A DNA stretch of 64,000 bases. Source: a bacterium (lineage in GTDB: Bacteria; JAAXHH01). Both the position numbers and the translations under genes were made by a program. Below, piece by piece: positions 42,711-53,091 of this stretch. The first letter of the stretch is position 1; the number at the start of each line of letters is the position of its first letter. The stretch is taken from the NCBI GenBank assembly GCA_965240335.1, contig CBDEKM010000008.1:46403-110402 (forward strand), in the 5' to 3' direction. The notes beneath the pieces are model-generated. The model did not search any database. It saw only the letters and a list, made by a program, of their open reading frames with translations, and was not told the DNA's origin.

Positions 42711-43143
42711 ATGCCGAGAAAGCCGAAGGTGACAGATGACGATTTGTTCGTCATTGCCACCTATTTGTCAAATCCAAGAACCGAGCCCGAATTCCATGCC
42801 GAGATGAAGGGCGAAAACCGTGGACGTTTTGAAGAAGAGTACCTTCAGGCTACAAGGGGGGTTCACCCGCCCGTTCCCAAGAGCAGTGCTCCTTACCTGA
42901 TCCTCCCTACGACATCGAACAAACAGGGGAATCCAGCTGCGGGTTTACTTCAATGAAGCGCCTCCGGTTCCTTCCGTTGTCGCGGATCTGATCACAGACA
43001 GGGGTAAATGGCACGGACGTCCGGATGATGCTCGTATTAATCACAGCAATTTGATGTTTCAACTGTTCGAGTGCGGGTTTCTGCTTGGGGAAAATCAGGA
43101 CAGAAACAGAATCAGTAGGATGATCAAGGAGCGGTTTTCCTGA
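42711..43143 (+). CDS. Unknown cargo protein (~143 aa after removing one G at 42926-42929); candidate restriction/DNA-binding partner
   Basis: Strong RBS; corrected frame continues NKQGIQLRVYF...RINHSNLMFQLFECGFLLG...ERFS*; convergent 20-bp overlap with the MTase. Confidence 0.6.
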
Positions 43144-43913
43144 AGACCAGCAAATACTCGTGTACCTTGTTGATGATGAACTTGTAGGGATAACCTAATG
43201 GTCGCATAGAGTTGTATTCAATCTGGCGGTCCCAAATGATGATGTCTTCAAGCGACATTGCTCCGCCCTCTAAGATGACCTGCGAAGCGTCATGGTGAAG
43301 CGGGTAGAAATCCCCGTTCTTCCTTATATCCATGACGTTCAAGATGTAGTATCCGTTCACCTTCAATACTTCCGAAATTCGACCTGAGACATCCCGAAGT
43401 GCATCCAGGAACGATTCATATTCCGAGATGTTTCCAAGGTCGTCAGGATTGTCGGTATAGGGTATCGCCTCTTTTGAGTCTGCGCCTTCTTCGCCTCGAC
43501 AGTATGTCCCAATATGGTGGAGACGTGATGCATGTGTTGATGGTCTCCGCTTCGACTTTCCGCCTGATTCGTCGTGCGTCTTCGATGTGGTAACTCCACT
43601 TCGCTGTATCAGGGACATCGAACATTCGCAAACGCTCTTCGAAAATCCCACGATAAGAATGATTAAGATCGAACCCTATCGCAGTCCTGCCTGTTGAGAG
43701 TGCGGCAATCAACGTTGACCCTGAACCTGCGAACGGATCAAGTACAACTCCGCGGTGATCGGGATCGAAACAATCCAACAACTTGAGCGCGAGAGATACA
43801 GGGTAAGGCGCCGGGTGATGTCCATTTCCGGTATCCTTCCTTATATCCCGCCAGATACTGAACGAGTTTTTCAGCCAGTCTGAACCTGAGAGAGTATTTG
43901 CTCGTCGTGCCAT
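43124..43913 (-). CDS. SPPY-type (probably N4-cytosine) DNA methyltransferase, frameshift near 43490
   Basis: HPAPYP, motif I DPFAGSGST, motif IV TSPPYW, IIIWD, HEYLLVFRK. Confidence 0.85.
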
Positions 43914-44462
43914 TCTACTTCGTTTCCCCATGCATCGAACCCGGGATGTAGCCTTCGGGCGAAGACGTCAAGCTTAGGACCATCAAAGTACCGGTTGATG
44001 TTCTCATAAAGGCAGCTGGGTTTTTCGCTGTGTCGTGACACGGATGCATAGAACTCTGTTTTCATCTTGCCCAACGATGATTTCGGGAACGCGCATCGGC
44101 CCTTGTATCCGAACAGGCAATGTTCCGTCGTTATCTGATATGGGCCGAATGGACAGGGGCCTGTCGCTTTGTTCCAAGTGAGGCACGTATAATACGTGAA
44201 GCCCCAATGTTCCATCAGTTCGAATGCCTGTACGAGTATAGGCCGACGACTTGATCTGGACCGACTGTTGGTCGCCCAAAATCCAGATGAATGAATCTTG
44301 ATCAGACCATTCATCTATAGGTAGGGATGCGATTTCGCTATAAGTCATCGTGGGGTAGTCGAGCGTTGTATTCTGCTTGGGCCTGACCGCTCGCTTCCCC
44401 GTCTTGCCCTGATCCCATGGGGGATCAATCACGATGCATTTGTAGCGTTGGTGGATGAGCAT
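43871..44462 (-). CDS. MT-A70 family N6-adenine methyltransferase, frameshift near 44280
   Basis: IDPPW, YPTM, WATN, WGF.Y, W.K, TEHCL, HSEKP, DVFAR, WGNE. Confidence 0.88.
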
Positions 44463-44471
44463 TGCAAAGTT

Positions 44472-44500
44472 ATTTTACATGGCCGACTTGACCATGTAAA
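44472..44500 (-). promoter_or_regulatory. Near-leaderless promoter for the MTase pair, embedded in a 9-bp inverted repeat
   Basis: Minus strand TTTACA-N17-TAAAAT, 9 nt before ATG; TTTACATGG/CCATGTAAA palindrome 44474-44500. Confidence 0.6.
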
Positions 44501-44532
44501 CATATTTTTATTTTTAACTTACGCAATACCCA

Positions 44533-45408
44533 CTACGCGAACACGCTTTCCATGAACGTATCCCACGGCCGGGCGTCCTTGCGGTGGTTGTACTTCCACG
44601 CGGCTTCGGCGACGAACAACGGCATGAACTGGGTCGTATATCTGTGATGCGTACCGTACCACGCCCGTTTCAGTAAACTCCAAAAGCCTTCAATCGTATT
44701 CGTATGGAACGGGCCGCGTACGTATTCGTACTGGTGGTTTACCACGCCGTGTGGCATGAGATTTCTGACGGATCGATACGCCCTGTTTTCGTCCGTTATG
44801 AGGATTTTTGCGTCCGGCCTTACCGTGTTCATGACGAAGTTTAGCACGCTCTTACCTGTCGTATCTTCTGCAACCTGCGCGATCACGTTGCCGTCTCTTT
44901 CGACCGCGCCGATCACCGGTGTCTTGTCCGATTTACCCTGCCCGCCGCGCCGGTCGTCATCCCGCTTGTTCCGCTTCCTGGGCTTGCCACCCACGTAGGT
45001 TTCGTCGGCTTCGATGATACCGGCAAGCATCGGGGCTTGATCCGACGCCATAGCGGCCCGGATGCGTTGTTGCATGTACCACGCCGTTTTCTGGTTCAAT
45101 TCCAAATCGCGGGACAACTGGGGCGAGGACAGGGACTTCTTTGCATTGACAACAAGGGCGATAGCCGCGAACCATTTCTGCAAAGGTACGTGCGTTCCCT
45201 GCATGACCGTGCCGGACAGGACGTTGAAACTGGATTTGCAATCATGGCAATTCCACCGGCCAACCAGATCGCTTTCCTTCTTACGCTTGACGTTCTCGGT
45301 ACTGCCGCATAACGGGCAATACGTGCCGTTCTTGAACCGGATGTCTTCAAGGTGATCGATGCAGGACTGTTGATCGGGGAAGCGGCGGATGATCTCGAAC
45401 AGATTCAT
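44533..45408 (-). CDS. IS1595 family (ISXO2-like) DDE transposase
   Basis: Zn ribbon CPLCG...CHDC, IEADETYVGG, LITDE, HTNTIEGFWSLLKR. Confidence 0.95.
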   Translation of the reverse strand: MNLFEIIRRFPDQQSCIDHLEDIRFKNGTYCPLCGSTENVKRKKESDLVGRWNCHDCKSSFNVLSGTVMQGTHVPLQKWFAAIALVVNAKKSLSSPQLSRDLELNQKTAWYMQQRIRAAMASDQAPMLAGIIEADETYVGGKPRKRNKRDDDRRGGQGKSDKTPVIGAVERDGNVIAQVAEDTTGKSVLNFVMNTVRPDAKILITDENRAYRSVRNLMPHGVVNHQYEYVRGPFHTNTIEGFWSLLKRAWYGTHHRYTTQFMPLFVAEAAWKYNHRKDARPWDTFMESVFA

Positions 45409-45455
45409 GGTGTATCTCCGTAGCAGTAAAAGGTTTATCTCTCTTAACTACTACC

Positions 45456-45484
45456 AATATACACTATGCCGATCTACTTGTCAA
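45456..45484 (-). promoter_or_regulatory. Transposase promoter using the -35 inside the right TIR
   Basis: Minus strand TTGACA-N17-TATATT; GGAG RBS before the transposase ATG. Confidence 0.7.
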
Positions 45485-45512
45485 GCCTGAAACTACTAAT
45501 TGCGGAAAAAAG

Positions 45513-46169
45513 CAGTATGAGTTTTACAGGGACAAGTTGTTGTCGTTTGGCGATGGAATTACTCGCATGAAGCTCGAGGAAGCGTGCCAGAAAATCCGTG
45601 CAGGAGGCGACTTGCCGGATAGCTATCGCAAAGATCAGAAAACACCATCGCCGGAGTTTCCATTTCCAATCTTCTCGAATGGTTCCGGAGAAAAAGCACT
45701 TTACGGATATGCGGATAGTTACGCCGTTGCTGAGACGGCCGTTACTGTCTCTGCGAGAGGCACCATAGGATATCATGCCATTCGAGAAAGGTATTTCACA
45801 CCGATTGTACGTCTTATAACTCTTGTGCCTGACCTTGAGGTGATTTCTCCATCCTACCTAAATTACGTGCTGGATATCACAAAAATCGGTCACAGTAAAG
45901 GAAGTATTGCGCAACTGACAGTGCCCAATATAAAAAAGATCAAAATACCCGTCCCGCCCATCGGCGAGCAGAACCGCATCGTTGCCATCCTAGACCGGTT
46001 CGACGCGCTCGTGAATGATATTACGATCGGGTTGCCGGCTGAACTGGTCGCGCGTCGGAAACAGTACGAGTATTATAGGGACAGGCTTCTGACGTTCAAG
46101 CACATGCCCGAATCGGGGGACAACTGCGAAGCACTACCTGATTTTTCTACTGGCGTTTCGGTATCATAG
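45513..46169 (+). pseudogene. hsdS: HsdS C-terminal half (TRD2 plus distal conserved region)
   Basis: QYEFYRDKLLSF continuation; IPVPPIGEQNRIVAILDRFD...GLPAELVARRKQYEYYRDRLLTF. Confidence 0.9.
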
Positions 46170-46189
46170 GTCGGGCTTTGGCGCTGGTG

Positions 46190-47917
46190 TCAGGCCTTTC
46201 GACCTGAATCCGCGTCCGTCGTTGCGATAGCGTCCAGCACGCGGACAATCTCGGGATCAATTTCCTGATCGGGAATGAAATCCACCAGTTTGTGGTAACT
46301 GCTTTTATTCATCAGATTGGGGATTTTCAGCCGATTGAAGTAAGCGGAGAAGAGCGGGTTCAGAAATTCATCGCTGACCTTGGAGCTGGCGTCCCAGGGG
46401 GATCCCCGACCCAAGGTACTCATCGCCGTTGAAACTTCTTGAATGGCAGTCCGCATGGCGGCCAAACGTCTTTCGGTCTCGGTGTATTCGAAGAGCGGTC
46501 CGACCGCTTCCGATCTTCCGCTTGATGCAGCGAAGGCCTCCAGCGTCGCTTGCGTGCAAAGGTAGTTTTCGATTTCCCGCCGCTGCCATACGATGCAAGA
46601 CAGCCCGTCGGCGGGCTGATCCCTCGTGATCTCGTCCAAGACGGCAATGCCTCGCAGCGCGGGCAGGGCTTCCCTTAGACCGTGATAGTGGCTTTCCGCC
46701 TTCGCCAGCCGGTTTCCAATATAGTGGACGAAGGGACGTTCGAGTGCGTGCATCGCCTCGAGATGGTCCAGCCGTTTCGCGAAGGCCTGCAGAATCGCGA
46801 GGTCTGTCGACCCCTCCAGATACAGCACCCAGCCGGTCTGGCCGGCTTGTGTATACTGTTCGAAACCGATCTCACGTAACGCCTTGAGCGCTTGGCTGCC
46901 ACGGTCGTCGATCCGGTGTGGGTTCCCGATGAAGGCGACGACCGTATCCTTGCCCGCTGCTTCGTTCAGCAGGACTTCGGAGTGGCTGGCCACGATGACC
47001 TGACAACCGTTTTCCACCGCCTCCTCGGAGATCATGCGGTAGATCTGCCGTTGCCGAAGGATTTCGAGATGGGCGTCGGGCTCGTCGAGCAGGACGACCG
47101 CGCCAGGATTGGCGTGCATGTACGCGAGGAGAAGCAGCGTCTGCTGCATTCCTCGCCCGCTGGAGGATAGGTCAAGACTTACACCATTCTCCCGATATGT
47201 CATGGTGACCTCGCCCCGTTCGACCAGATATTTCGGTGGGTCGATTTCAGCGCCGAATAGCCGGTCTATCCGCGCCACAATGGCCTCCCAGCGACAGGGA
47301 TCTCCTTCGGAGACCTGAAAGCAAAGGTTGCGCAAAACCTCCGCGGTCCGGCCTTCCCCCACGCGTACGTAGACCGCACCCGGATCCAGCCGCGTTTCGG
47401 TGGCTGCAAGCCCGGACATGGGGGGTAGGAAGGCGACCTCCACAGCACCAGCCTCGGGGGGAACGACCATGCGGGAGTCTGCGTCTTCATCGGTACGCAG
47501 GGGCCGACAGTAAATCGATTCCTCGTTGGCATAATCGAATTCCAGTCCACAATTCCATTCGCCCTGCTTCCCGACTCCGCAGACTATCACGTCAATGCGG
47601 ATATTGGATGTCTTCGGCCCGCTGATTGTTTGTCGAACGTTCCGCGTGCGAAGCGCTCGCCAGAGCATATTGGCCGATGGAACGGGCATGGCGATCAGGT
47701 CGCGGCGGTTAACCGTTACCCCGGGTCGGCGCTCCGGTGCCGGCGATCTGGAACGGCGCTCGATCCATCGCTTCAGGCCGGTGTTCCAGAGCGCCAGCGC
47801 CTGCATTGCCGACGTTTTCCCGGAGTTGTTCGGACCGATGAACACGACGGGATTGGCGAGTTCTATGCGAACGTCATCGAAAGGCTTGAAATTCCGCACG
47901 GTTAATTCTGTCAACAA
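46190..47917 (-). CDS. OLD-like ABC ATPase with C-terminal TOPRIM-like domain
   Basis: Walker A GPNNSGKT, signature SSSGRG, LLDEPDAHL, ASHS H-loop, LEGSTD...VLDE, RREIENYL. Confidence 0.75.
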   Translation of the reverse strand: MLTELTVRNFKPFDDVRIELANPVVFIGPNNSGKTSAMQALALWNTGLKRWIERRSRSPAPERRPGVTVNRRDLIAMPVPSANMLWRALRTRNVRQTISGPKTSNIRIDVIVCGVGKQGEWNCGLEFDYANEESIYCRPLRTDEDADSRMVVPPEAGAVEVAFLPPMSGLAATETRLDPGAVYVRVGEGRTAEVLRNLCFQVSEGDPCRWEAIVARIDRLFGAEIDPPKYLVERGEVTMTYRENGVSLDLSSSGRGMQQTLLLLAYMHANPGAVVLLDEPDAHLEILRQRQIYRMISEEAVENGCQVIVASHSEVLLNEAAGKDTVVAFIGNPHRIDDRGSQALKALREIGFEQYTQAGQTGWVLYLEGSTDLAILQAFAKRLDHLEAMHALERPFVHYIGNRLAKAESHYHGLREALPALRGIAVLDEITRDQPADGLSCIVWQRREIENYLCTQATLEAFAASSGRSEAVGPLFEYTETERRLAAMRTAIQEVSTAMSTLGRGSPWDASSKVSDEFLNPLFSAYFNRLKIPNLMNKSSYHKLVDFIPDQEIDPEIVRVLDAIATTDADSGRKA

Positions 47918-48093
47918 GACATCGATTCCTTTACATGGAAAGTTGCCCCGCCGTCTGGTTACAAGAAGCCGTATGGCATTCTATACCTAGGGATGGCGTT
48001 AGTCAAAGCGTAAAACACCTTCTCGGAGACCGCCCGCCCGGGACCTCTTCCCCCTGGGGGCGGCTGTAGTGCCGGAAAGGACTCCAAGCCGCC

Positions 48094-48122
48094 TTGACAG
48101 TGATCTGAACGTAAGGTAATTT
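48094..48122 (+). promoter_or_regulatory. Candidate hsdR promoter
   Basis: TTGACA-N17-TAATTT. Confidence 0.55.
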
Positions 48123-48206
48123 GTCCGCCGGTGGAACCTCTGTTCTGTACGTGCCATACCACCAACAATTTTGTGTAATAGCATCCGAATCGTGCGGGAG
48201 TCATAA

Positions 48207-51200
48207 ATGAGTGAAACCCCTACCTATAACCTAGTCGCCGAGCAGGTGCAGAGTACCGTCGTGGCGGAATACGCGCCGGGGCAGTACCGCGCCGAAAACT
48301 ACCAGACCGAAGCTGATCTCGAAGGTGCATTCATTGAACAGCTCGAATCGCAGGCGTACCAGTATTTCCAGATCGGCGACGAAGCCGGTATGATTGCGAA
48401 TCTACGAGTTCGGCTGGAGGAACTCAATGACTACCGTTTCAGCGACAGTGAATGGGAGCAGTTCTTCACTGCCGCATTGGCTAACCAAAACGACGGTATC
48501 GAAGAAAAGACCGCGACGATTCAGGAAGATTACGTCAAGATTCTTACCCGCGATGATGGTTCGAAGAAGAACATTTATCTCCTCCGCAAAGACAACATCC
48601 ACGATAACAAACTGCAGGTCATCAGCCAGTACGCAACCGACAGTGGGCTGTACGCAAACCGATACGACGTTACCGTTCTAGTAAACGGCTTGCCGCTCGT
48701 GCATGTCGAACTCAAACGACGCGGCGTTCCGATACGAGAGGCATTCAACCAGATCAATCGCTATCAGCGCGAGAGTTTCTGGGCGTCAGCTGGACTGTAC
48801 GAGTACATTCAGCTTTTCGTCATTTCGAATGGCACCAACACGAAGTACTACAGCAATACGACCCGTAATCAGCATGTGAAGGAAGCCCACCACGGATCGG
48901 TGAAGTACGTCAAGCGATCGAGTAACAGCTTCGAATTTACGAGTTGGTGGGCCGATTCGGTCAATAAGCCCATCATGGATCTGATGGATTTCTCGCGGAC
49001 TTTTTTCGCAAAGCACACACTGCTGAATGTCCTGACACAATACTGCGTATTCACAACCGACCGGCAACTGCTCGTCATGAGACCGTACCAGATTGTTGCG
49101 ACGGAACGTATACTGAATCGAATTGAAATCAGTACCAACCACAGGAAACTGGGCTCGGTCGAGGCCGGCGGATACATATGGCATACCACAGGCTCTGGCA
49201 AGACCCTGACGAGTTTCAAGACGGCGCAGTTGGCAAGCAGACTAGAGTTCGTCGACAAGGTGCTGTTCGTGGTAGACCGGAAGGACTTGGACTATCAGAC
49301 CATGAAGGAGTACGACAAGTTCGAGAAAGGCGCTGCGAACAGCAACACCAGCACGGCGATACTGCAAAAGCAGATCGAAGACCCAAACGCACGCATCATC
49401 ATAACGACGATTCAAAAGCTGGATCGATTTGTAAGGCGAAACCGCGAACATTCGATTTTCAAACAACATGTGGTCCTCATATTCGATGAGTGCCATCGTT
49501 CGCAATTCGGCGAAATGCACGCCGCAATAACGAAGTCATTCTCGAAATACCATTTGTTTGGATTTACCGGCACGCCGATCTTTGCGGCCAACGCCGCTTC
49601 CGGCGGCCGGCCTGACCTGAAGACCACAGAACAAGCATTCGGCGAGAAGGCACACACCTACACGATCGCAGATGCTATCGAGGACAAGAACGTACTTCCT
49701 TTCAAGGTGGATTACGTCTCAACGGTCAAAGAAGCAGAGGATATCGAGGACGAGCAGGTAGCCGATATAGATCGCAAGGCGGCATTGGCCTCTCCGGAAC
49801 GGGTAGCGAATATCGTGCGCTACATCTGCGAGCACTTCGACCAGAAAACCAAACGAAACAGTTTTTACAAGTTGAAGGACCGGCGGCTGGCCGGATTCAA
49901 TTCGATTTTTGCCGTAGCCTCTATCGAAATGGCCAGGCAGTATTACACTGAATTCAAACGGCAATTATCGGATGCACCGAGCGACAGAAAACTGAAGGTG
50001 GCTCTGATCTACAGCTTCGGCATGAACGATGAAGACTTAGACGGAATGGTGGACGAAAATCCGGATGACACGAGCGGACTTGACGCGAGTTCACGGCACT
50101 TCCTAGAAGGAGCGATCAAGGATTACAATGCCATGTTCGGAACGTCTTACGGTACTTCATCCGACAAGTTTCAGAATTACTACAAGGATGTAAGCGAGCG
50201 GGTAAAGAACCGTGAAATCGACGTACTCGTCGTGGTCAACATGTTCCTGACGGGCTTCGATGCAACGACGGTGAATACACTATGGGTAGACAGGAATCTT
50301 CGTCTGCACGGATTGCTGCAGGCGTTTTCACGCACTAACCGCATTCTCAACAGCATAAAGACATTTGGCAACATCGTCTGCTTTCGAAATCTGGAGACGG
50401 CCACGAACGAATCAATCGCGCTTTTCGGCAACCGGGAAGCAGGTGGGCTTGTACTCCTGAAAACCTACGGAGATTACTACTACGGTTATCTGGAAGGCGA
50501 CAAAGTGGTGCGCGGGTACGCGGACCTGTTGGACGAACTGCTGGAGAAGTATTCTGTCGGCGCTCCTATCATTAGCGAGCAGTCCCAGCGGGATTTCATC
50601 AGGCTATACGGTACCATTCTGCGGGTCCGGAATATCCTCACGACCTTCGATGAGTTCAAGGGCAGTGAGATCCTTTCGCCGCGCGATCAACAGGACTACC
50701 ACAGCATGTACATTGATCTGTACAATGATTTTCGACCAGGTGGTGACGGGGAAAGCCAGAACATCAACGATGATTTGGTTTTTGAAATGGAGCTGATAAA
50801 GCAGATCGAGATCAACATCGACTACATCCTGGAACTCGTGAAAAAGTATCACGAGGGCCACCGTAAGGACGGCGAGGTGTTGATCGATATAGAGAAAGCC
50901 GTGGACTCAAGCGTTGAGCTGCGGAACAAGAAAGACCTTATCCAGCAGTTCATCGCTTCGCTTGGGGACCATACCGACGTGGATCGTGACTGGCAACAAT
51001 ATGTCGAGGAACGAAAGAAGGACGAACTTGAGCAGATTCATATCGAGCGAGAACGTTGATCGAGACGCGACGTTTCGTTTTATGCGCAATGCGTTTTCGC
51101 GACGGGGGCGTTCCAACTACCGGCACGGCTCTTTCCACTGTCCTGCCCCCGGGGGGACGATTCTCGCCCAGCGGCGAACGTGCAAGAAAGAAAGAGCGCA

Positions 51201-51286
51201 TATTGGTCAAACTTACCAGATTCTACGACCGGTTCTTCGGTATTTCCAATACTAAACTCGATACTCAAAATCAGGCAGATGCCTAA
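48207..51286 (+). CDS. hsdR: Type I restriction endonuclease subunit R (indels near 51040-51095)
   Basis: RYDVTVLVNGLPLVHVELKR, WHTTGSGKT, DECHRSQFG, MFLTGFD, QAFSRTNR. Confidence 0.95.
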
Positions 51287-51413
51287 CCGAAATCCAAGAG
51301 GAGGCATTGGACTGTGCGCGATAAAGCCCAATTGGTACGACTGTGTTCACGACATACGTCGGATCCCGGGATCGGTTCAATGCTAAAATCGCGGACATGA
51401 GCTAGGCTCCTTC

Positions 51414-52304
51414 CTACCACGTCCTTTCCTTCAACATGTCCTGAATGGCTTCCTTGGGGATCGGCAGTTCGTCCATGCGGCCCTCCAGCCATTCGGAGAA
51501 ATCCGCCTCCATCCCGTCCGTCCACCGGTCGTCGATCTGGCCGGGCGTATACTTTCCTTCCCGCAGCCGCTGCATGCCGAACATGTCCCTGAGCTGGATC
51601 AGTTCGGAGGTCTTCACCACGGTCTCTGCTAGGTGGGGCGGAATGAACACGACCCCCTCCCGTTTGCCCAGCACCACGTCACCGGGCATGACGGTGGCCT
51701 GTCCGATGCGCACCGCGGTGTTGACGCCGAGGAGCATGATGGTCGGCGAGGCAAAGGAAGGATGCCAGCCCCGGACGAAGCAGGCGAAGTCGGGCATTTC
51801 CTCGATCCCTTCGAGGTCGCGCACCGACCCGTCGAAAACGACCCCGTTTCCGGAATTGGCAAAGATCGCAGTGGCCAGGTTGTCGCCGATGATGGGACCC
51901 TCGTCCACCTTGCCGTAGGTGTCGGCCACGTAGACGTCCCCAGGCACCAGCATGTCGATGGGCCAGGAGATCTGATCGCCGATACAGCCCTGGGCAGCTC
52001 CTTTCGCCTCCATGACCGTGCGCATGGCGGGTCTGCGGGGCATGTACATCGCCGTCAGCGCCCTGCCTGCGAGCGTCTTGCCGGGATGCGTCCGTTCCCA
52101 TTCCCCCTCGTACTGGTGTTTGTACCCCGCGCCGCGCAGAACGCCCCAGGCCTGGGTGATGGATACGTTCTTCATCCTTTCGATGATAGCGTCCGGCACT
52201 TTCGGGCGGCCATCGGGAAAGCGCTCGCCGTCCCAGTCCGGCGTATACTCGATGAGTTCCTCCGGGGACAGGTTAAGCGGGCAGAACTTGTCTGACATGT
52301 CCAC
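51414..52304 (-). CDS. RraA/HMG-aldolase-like family protein
   Basis: GRALT..YMP.R, IIGDNLA, DGSVRD, VMPGDVVLG..EGVVFIP. Confidence 0.8.
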   Translation of the reverse strand: MDMSDKFCPLNLSPEELIEYTPDWDGERFPDGRPKVPDAIIERMKNVSITQAWGVLRGAGYKHQYEGEWERTHPGKTLAGRALTAMYMPRRPAMRTVMEAKGAAQGCIGDQISWPIDMLVPGDVYVADTYGKVDEGPIIGDNLATAIFANSGNGVVFDGSVRDLEGIEEMPDFACFVRGWHPSFASPTIMLLGVNTAVRIGQATVMPGDVVLGKREGVVFIPPHLAETVVKTSELIQLRDMFGMQRLREGKYTPGQIDDRWTDGMEADFSEWLEGRMDELPIPKEAIQDMLKERTW

Positions 52305-52311
52305 TCCTTGT

Positions 52312-53091
52312 TCATTCGAATTGCTCGTGGTCCCACTGCCAGCGGTCGAAGCGAACGCCTATTCCCTTCACCGCCAATGCCCCCACGTAATCCGGCCCGG
52401 GGTCAATGGAGGCCATGGTCCACCGCGCTACGTCGGATGGATCCCAGCGCGTTGCCAGCAGTTCGGCGGTGTCATCGGGGTCGACGGTGACGTCAAACTG
52501 GTCGAGGGGGCAGGAAAGGCCCTGCCCGATAGCCTTTACGAAGGCTTCTTTCCGGGTCCAGCATGCCAGGAAAGCGTGATCGCGCCGGTTTCGTGGCAAC
52601 GACGCCAGCGTGTTGTATTCCCGGTCGGAAAAAAAACGGTGGGCGATCTTCAAACGGTCCACGGTCGACCGCCGAAAAAGGTATTCCAGGTCAACCCCCA
52701 CCGGATGATCGCTGGTCAACGCGTAAAGGGCCAGGTCGTGGGAATGGGATACGTTGAATTCGATGGACGTCGCGGGGTATTCGAGTGCGGGTTTGCCATG
52801 TTCGGCGTAGCTGAAGCGCAGGTCTTCCGGCCCGCAGGAAACGTACCTTGCCAGGATATTGCGAAGTACGGCCCGGGCGATGATATACCGGTTCCTTGCC
52901 CTGTCTACGACGAACCGGGCGGCCCGCGCGCGTTCATCCGAGCTTATTACGGATTCCAGCGCTCGGATACGGGAAGCCGGGAGAACCAGGTTCGCACGCC
53001 ACAGGTGCACTTTATCTTCTGACAGCCGCCACCGTGTACCGGATGGTGCTGCCAGCCAGTTCCCGTCGCCGCTCATCACGTCACCGCTCAT
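52312..53091 (-). CDS. Sfp-type 4'-phosphopantetheinyl transferase
   Basis: [31 protein letters not shown]. Confidence 0.9.
   Translation of the reverse strand: MSGDVMSGDGNWLAAPSGTRWRLSEDKVHLWRANLVLPASRIRALESVISSDERARAARFVVDRARNRYIIARAVLRNILARYVSCGPEDLRFSYAEHGKPALEYPATSIEFNVSHSHDLALYALTSDHPVGVDLEYLFRRSTVDRLKIAHRFFSDREYNTLASLPRNRRDHAFLACWTRKEAFVKAIGQGLSCPLDQFDVTVDPDDTAELLATRWDPSDVARWTMASIDPGPDYVGALAVKGIGVRFDRWQWDHEQFE

Larger units (their letters stand above)
42578..45504 (-). mobile_element. IS1595-family transporter IS (2927 bp) carrying methyltransferase cargo, inserted in hsdS
   Basis: TIRs CGTACATAGTATTTTCAGGCTTGAC (42578-42602) and reverse complement CGCAATTAGTAGTTTCAGGCTTGAC (45480-45504); 8-bp TSD GAAAAAAG (42570-42577, 45505-45512); excision restores ETRKKQYEFYRDKLLSF. 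Confidence 0.93.

Noticed and set aside
44533-45504. Simple IS consisting of the transposase only, with a left end near 44480-44530
   Set aside because: No TIR copy there; the matching TIR and TSD are at 42570-42602, so the MTases lie inside the element.
52312-53091. NRPS/PKS biosynthetic cluster around the Sfp-type PPTase
   Set aside because: No carrier-protein, adenylation or ketosynthase genes in the window.
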